DNA of 62,864 nucleotides from Candidatus Hydrogenedentota bacterium (GTDB lineage Bacteria; Hydrogenedentota; Hydrogenedentia; Hydrogenedentales; SLHB01): NCBI GenBank assembly GCA_034408725.1, contig JAWXCN010000014.1, positions 1 to 62,864 of the forward strand, read 5' to 3'. Shown piece by piece: positions 58,896 to 62,864 of this stretch (position 1 is its first letter; each line of letters starts with the position of its first letter). The notes under the pieces were generated by a model. It saw only the letters and a program-made list of their open reading frames with translations, ran no database searches and was not told where the DNA came from. The position numbers and the translations under genes were made by a program.

Positions 58896-60149
58896 ATGCC
58901 TCCCATGGAAACCCTCGTTCCCGCGAAAAGCGAATTCATCTGCTATGGGTGCAACACATCGTGTGGTGCATCGGCGCGCGGCGTAGTGTGTCCAAAGTGT
59001 GGCGATCCCTTTAGCCTTCGCGTGCAGTCAAGTCCAGGGCGGGAATTATTCCGGCAACCGCCTGCGTCGATGTGGACGTATTTCGATCTACTTCCACTGG
59101 ATGCGCGCGAACATATTGTGTCGCTTGATGAAGGCGCGACGCCGCTGCTCGATGCGCCGCGTATTGCGCTCGCGCACAAGATCAGGCCGGTGCTGCTGAA
59201 AAATGAGTGCGGAAACCCAACCGGCTCTTTTAAGGACCGGCAAGTTTCCGTCGGCATTAGCCACGCCCGCGCAATGGGGTTTGATACGGTGGCCGTCGTC
59301 TCGTCAGGTAATGTCGCGTGCGCAGCCGCCGCATACGCAGCGCGCGCGGGAATCAAGGCCGTGTTGTTCATGCACGGTCATGCAGCAGCGGGAAAAATCG
59401 CCCAGGCCGCCGCATATGGGGCAACTATCTTGCGCGTGCAAACGCCGTCGGCGAGCGCGGTCTTTGATCTGTGTATTGCCGCGTGCGACGAACTGGGCTG
59501 GTATCACCTGTCGACTTCGGGCATGCACGAGCCCTACAACGTCGAAGGCGCGAAAACGATTGCATACGAGTTGTACCAACAAACAGGCGGAAACTTGCCA
59601 GATTGGATTGTCGCCCCGGTGGGTGGAGGCGGTTTGCTGGGCGGCGTTTGGCGCGGGCTTTTGGATATGCAGGCGCTCGGCCTTTTAGTTCGATTGCCAC
59701 GACTCGCCGGCGTTCAGGCCTCAGGTTGCGCGCCACTCAAGAAAGCCATCGCGAACAACACGTCATTTCTCGATACCTTGAAAGACCCGTGGCCGTATCC
59801 AAAAACCGTTGCCGGCGGCATCGCCGACGATATTCTCTTTGATGGCCATACCGCGTTGCCTGCGATCCGGACAACCAACGGCGCGGCAATCGCCGTTGAC
59901 GATTCGGAAATCATAGCCGCTGAAATCGCACTGGCGCAGTCCGAGGGGATTTTGTGCGACCCGTGCAGCGCATGCACTATTGCGGCGTTGCCCCACTTGC
60001 CCGATATAAACTCAAACATTCGCGTGTGCTGCATCATCACGGGCACGGGCATGAAGGACCTCGCAGTGCTTGATGGACACCTTCCGTCTGTGATTGACGT
60101 CGCGCCAACGTTGGATGCGGTGCATGCCGTATTGGGACGCACCGCATGA
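58896..60149 (+). CDS. thrC: Threonine synthase family PLP enzyme
   Basis: N-terminal CxxC...CxxC; EGATPL; NPTGSFKDR; SSGN; EGAKTIAYEL; TGTGMKD. Confidence 0.85.
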   Translation: MPPMETLVPAKSEFICYGCNTSCGASARGVVCPKCGDPFSLRVQSSPGRELFRQPPASMWTYFDLLPLDAREHIVSLDEGATPLLDAPRIALAHKIRPVLLKNECGNPTGSFKDRQVSVGISHARAMGFDTVAVVSSGNVACAAAAYAARAGIKAVLFMHGHAAAGKIAQAAAYGATILRVQTPSASAVFDLCIAACDELGWYHLSTSGMHEPYNVEGAKTIAYELYQQTGGNLPDWIVAPVGGGGLLGGVWRGLLDMQALGLLVRLPRLAGVQASGCAPLKKAIANNTSFLDTLKDPWPYPKTVAGGIADDILFDGHTALPAIRTTNGAAIAVDDSEIIAAEIALAQSEGILCDPCSACTIAALPHLPDINSNIRVCCIITGTGMKDLAVLDGHLPSVIDVAPTLDAVHAVLGRTA

Positions 60150-61144
60150 AACAAATTGTATTCGCGGCACTTGCGTTGCTACTGGGTGCGTCATGCTCGC
60201 CATCGCGGGAAATTGTAGTGGTGTACAGTCCGCACGGCGCGGATATCTTGAAAGACTATGAAGTGCGGTTCGAGGCCGCATATCCAAACATCGACATGCA
60301 ATCGGTCGATGCGGGCTCGCAGGAAGTGTATAGCCGCATCAAAGCGGAACGGGGCCGGCCACAGTGCGACGTGTGGTGGGGCGCGCCATCGACGCAGTTC
60401 ATGCTCGCCGCGGAGGAAGGGTTGCTCGAGCCGTACAAACCGGCATGGGCGGACACGGTCAATGCGCAATACAAGGACGCTGGCGATCGCTGGTACGGAA
60501 CGTATCGTAGCCCGTTGGCAATTATGTACAACAATCGCCGATACAAGGCTGACGAAGTTCCGCAGACGTGGGACGATTTGCTGAAACCCGAATGGAAGGG
60601 CAAGATCACGTTGCGTAAACCGCTTGCATCCGGCACCATGCGTACATTCATCGGCGCGATGATCCTGCGCGCGCCGTCCGAGGACGAAGGAATTGCGTGG
60701 TTGAAGAGGTTTCAGGATTCGGTCGAAGCGATGATGGAAAATCCTCAGTTGATGTTCGACCACATCAAGAAGCAGGAGGACCTGATCACCGTGTGGTTGA
60801 TGCCCGACGTGGCGTTGCAGCGCGAACGGAACGGGTTTCCATTCGACTGCGTTGTGCCTCCGCAAACACCCGTGCTCACGGAAGGCATTGCGATTGTGAA
60901 AGGTGCGCCACACCCGGAACACGCAAAAACATTTTACGAATTTGTGACCACACCGGACGCGCTCGCGGATCAAGCGCGCGAGTATGCGAAAGTTCCCGCG
61001 CGAAACGATCTCGACCATTCTACCTTGCCTGACTGGATCGGGACTCTCAAGCTAGATGCAATGCCCATCGACTGGAAAAACTTCGCAGCAAACGAGAAGC
61101 GTTGGTGCGACCGTTGGGACGCCGAGGTGAACAAAGCGCGATGA
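60146..61144 (+). CDS. ABC substrate-binding lipoprotein (Fe3+/AfuA-like family)
   Basis: Lipobox LGASC; RIKAERGRPQCDVWWG; PQTWDDLL..EWKGKI; SGT. Confidence 0.85.
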   Translation: MKQIVFAALALLLGASCSPSREIVVVYSPHGADILKDYEVRFEAAYPNIDMQSVDAGSQEVYSRIKAERGRPQCDVWWGAPSTQFMLAAEEGLLEPYKPAWADTVNAQYKDAGDRWYGTYRSPLAIMYNNRRYKADEVPQTWDDLLKPEWKGKITLRKPLASGTMRTFIGAMILRAPSEDEGIAWLKRFQDSVEAMMENPQLMFDHIKKQEDLITVWLMPDVALQRERNGFPFDCVVPPQTPVLTEGIAIVKGAPHPEHAKTFYEFVTTPDALADQAREYAKVPARNDLDHSTLPDWIGTLKLDAMPIDWKNFAANEKRWCDRWDAEVNKAR

Positions 61145-61884
61145 GCGGCGTGAGGTGCGAAGCGATTACGAAGTTATACCCCGAGGGCGGCGGTATCCGG
61201 AATTTTAGCGTCAGTATTGAAGAAGGCGAATTCTTCGCGCTGCTTGGTCCGAGCGGCTGCGGCAAAACGACCACCTTGCGGGTAATCGCGGGACTGGAGT
61301 CGCCTGATTCCGGAAGGCTATTTTTCGGGGACCGCGATGTGACCGGATTGCCACCGGAGAAACGCAACGCGGCGATGGTGTTTCAGAGTTACGCACTGTT
61401 CCCGCACATGACCGTTTTCGAGAACGTCGCGTTTGGCCTACGCGCGCGCAAATTGCCGAAAACGGAGATCGGACCCAGAGTCGCGGATGCACTGAAACTC
61501 GTGCAATTGGACGCGGTCGAAAAGCGGCCTGTTACCGACCTTAGCGGCGGACAACAGCAACGTGTGGCGCTCGCGCGCGCGCTTGCGGTACAACCCGATA
61601 TACTTCTGCTCGACGAACCATTGAGTAACCTCGACGCCGAGCTTCGTTACGCGACACGGGCGCAGCTTGCGGAATTGCAGAAGCGGCTAGGCATCACGGC
61701 GATCTACGTTACCCATGATCAGGAGGAGGCCATCGAGCTGGCCCACCGCATTGCCGTGCTCAAGGACGGCGAATGCCATCAGATTGGCACGCCACACGAA
61801 ATTCTGCACGAACCCAAGACAGAATTTGTGCGCACCTTTCTCGAACGCCAGCGCAAGTTGATGGGAATCGTATGTGGCACGTGA
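61141..61884 (+). CDS. ABC ATP-binding protein (FbpC/PotA-like)
   Basis: GPSGCGKTT, FQSYALFPHM, LSGGQQQR, LLDEP, VTHDQEEA. Confidence 0.93.
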   Translation: MSGVRCEAITKLYPEGGGIRNFSVSIEEGEFFALLGPSGCGKTTTLRVIAGLESPDSGRLFFGDRDVTGLPPEKRNAAMVFQSYALFPHMTVFENVAFGLRARKLPKTEIGPRVADALKLVQLDAVEKRPVTDLSGGQQQRVALARALAVQPDILLLDEPLSNLDAELRYATRAQLAELQKRLGITAIYVTHDQEEAIELAHRIAVLKDGECHQIGTPHEILHEPKTEFVRTFLERQRKLMGIVCGT

Positions 61885-62411
61885 ACGCTACCGATATCGA
61901 CATTGTTCAGGGCGATATTACGAAGCAACACGTTGATGTCATCGTCAACGCGGCGAACGCGCAGCTCGCGGGCGGCGGCGGTGTCGATGGCGCAATTCAT
62001 CGCGCCGGCGGCCCGGCGATCATGGCGGAATGCCGGAAACTCGGTGGATGCGCGACCGGCGGCGCAAAGATCACCACCGGCGGAAACTTACCCGCAAAAT
62101 ACGTCATCCACGCTGTCGGACCGGTATACCGCGATGGGAAACACGGCGAACCGGAGATGCTCGCAAGTTGTTACCGCCGCAGCCTCGAAATTGCAGTCGA
62201 GCACAAACTAAAGTCCGTTTCCTTTCCCGCGATAAGTTGCGGCGCCTATGGCTATCCAATCCCGGACGCCGCCTTGATTGCCGTGAGCGCGGTGAAAGCA
62301 TTTGCGGAGGTCAATAATTCGATTCCTCTCGTTCGTTTTGTGCTTTACAGCGAGCCGGTGCAACGCGAATTCGAGAATGCCGCAACGGAGTCGGTTTCGA
62401 TGCCGCATTAA
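61872..62411 (+). CDS. Macrodomain O-acetyl-ADP-ribose deacetylase (YmdB-like)
   Basis: GDIT, IVNAAN..LAGGGGVDGAIH, IHAVGP, FPAISCGAYGYP. Confidence 0.92.
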   Translation: MWHVNATDIDIVQGDITKQHVDVIVNAANAQLAGGGGVDGAIHRAGGPAIMAECRKLGGCATGGAKITTGGNLPAKYVIHAVGPVYRDGKHGEPEMLASCYRRSLEIAVEHKLKSVSFPAISCGAYGYPIPDAALIAVSAVKAFAEVNNSIPLVRFVLYSEPVQREFENAATESVSMPH

Positions 62412-62538
62412 AAATCTTTTATGCTTGAACTTCAGAAGATGGAAGTCACAAGGATTGATTGAATGGGGGGATTACCGGAAAAACTGAAAGCGCACGCGTT
62501 TCAACAGCCAAGCCGGAATCAACATTTTCCAGACATAG

Positions 62539-62864
62539 TCAGTCCTGCTTCACCTCAACATCCAAATAAGCCCGTGATCCTGTAGTCTCGCGCTGCCCCT
62601 GGTATTTTCCCCGATAAGGATTCTCGACCGGACCGTCGGCGGCGGCAATTACAAGCTGGCAGATGCGGCGTCCCGCTTCGATTTTCATGGGGGCGCTGTT
62701 GGCGTTAAACAATTCAAGTGTGATTGCGCCCTCGAAACCGGGGTCTACCCACCCCGCGTTCTGGATAAACAACCCAAGTCGGCCGATCGAGCTGCGTCCC
62801 TCGACAAATGCCGTGAGGTAATCCGGCAGCGCGATCACTTCGAGCGTCGTCGCCAGCACAAAAC
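62539..62864 (-). CDS. dcd: dCTP deaminase (5' truncated by window edge)
   Basis: [40 protein letters not shown]. Confidence 0.93.
   Translation of the reverse strand, partial: FVLATTLEVIALPDYLTAFVEGRSSIGRLGLFIQNAGWVDPGFEGAITLELFNANSAPMKIEAGRRICQLVIAAADGPVENPYRGKYQGQRETTGSRAYLDVEVKQD

Overview
Bacterial chromosomal window with high GC; the DUF1559 H-X9-DG tail, a PVC-type CxxCH heme protein and Tat sulfatases suggest Candidatus Hydrogenedentota or a PVC-like lineage (inference). Most genes are housekeeping or catabolic: a pterin/folate operon (folM-like, folB, folK, folE), sthA, purB with an archaeal-type purO, glnB-glnA behind a sigma54 promoter, a 2-aminoethylphosphonate locus (MFS, phnW, PL10-like lyase, phnX), thrC, ABC components, a macrodomain protein and partial dcd. 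A minus-strand sugar-acid gene run (UxuB-like SDR, HAD, pdxB, larA-like, pfk, gnd, isomerase) is repeatedly interrupted by type II toxin-antitoxin cassettes. A decayed accessory segment at about 32.5-40.1 kb holds gene remnants, an rplS pseudogene and an intact ABC/M1-aminopeptidase pair. The most striking signal is absent from the ORF track: the apparently empty 44.7-46.1 kb interval carries six co-oriented 17-29 aa Trp-rich hydrophobic micro-ORFs, each with a clear Shine-Dalgarno, plus promoter and terminator signals and synonymous-only divergence between two paralogs. Also notable are a GspE/PilB N-terminal (MshEN-like) domain inserted in frame in PdxB and a HicB-membrane domain fusion. All calls come from reading the sequence by eye; no searches were run.
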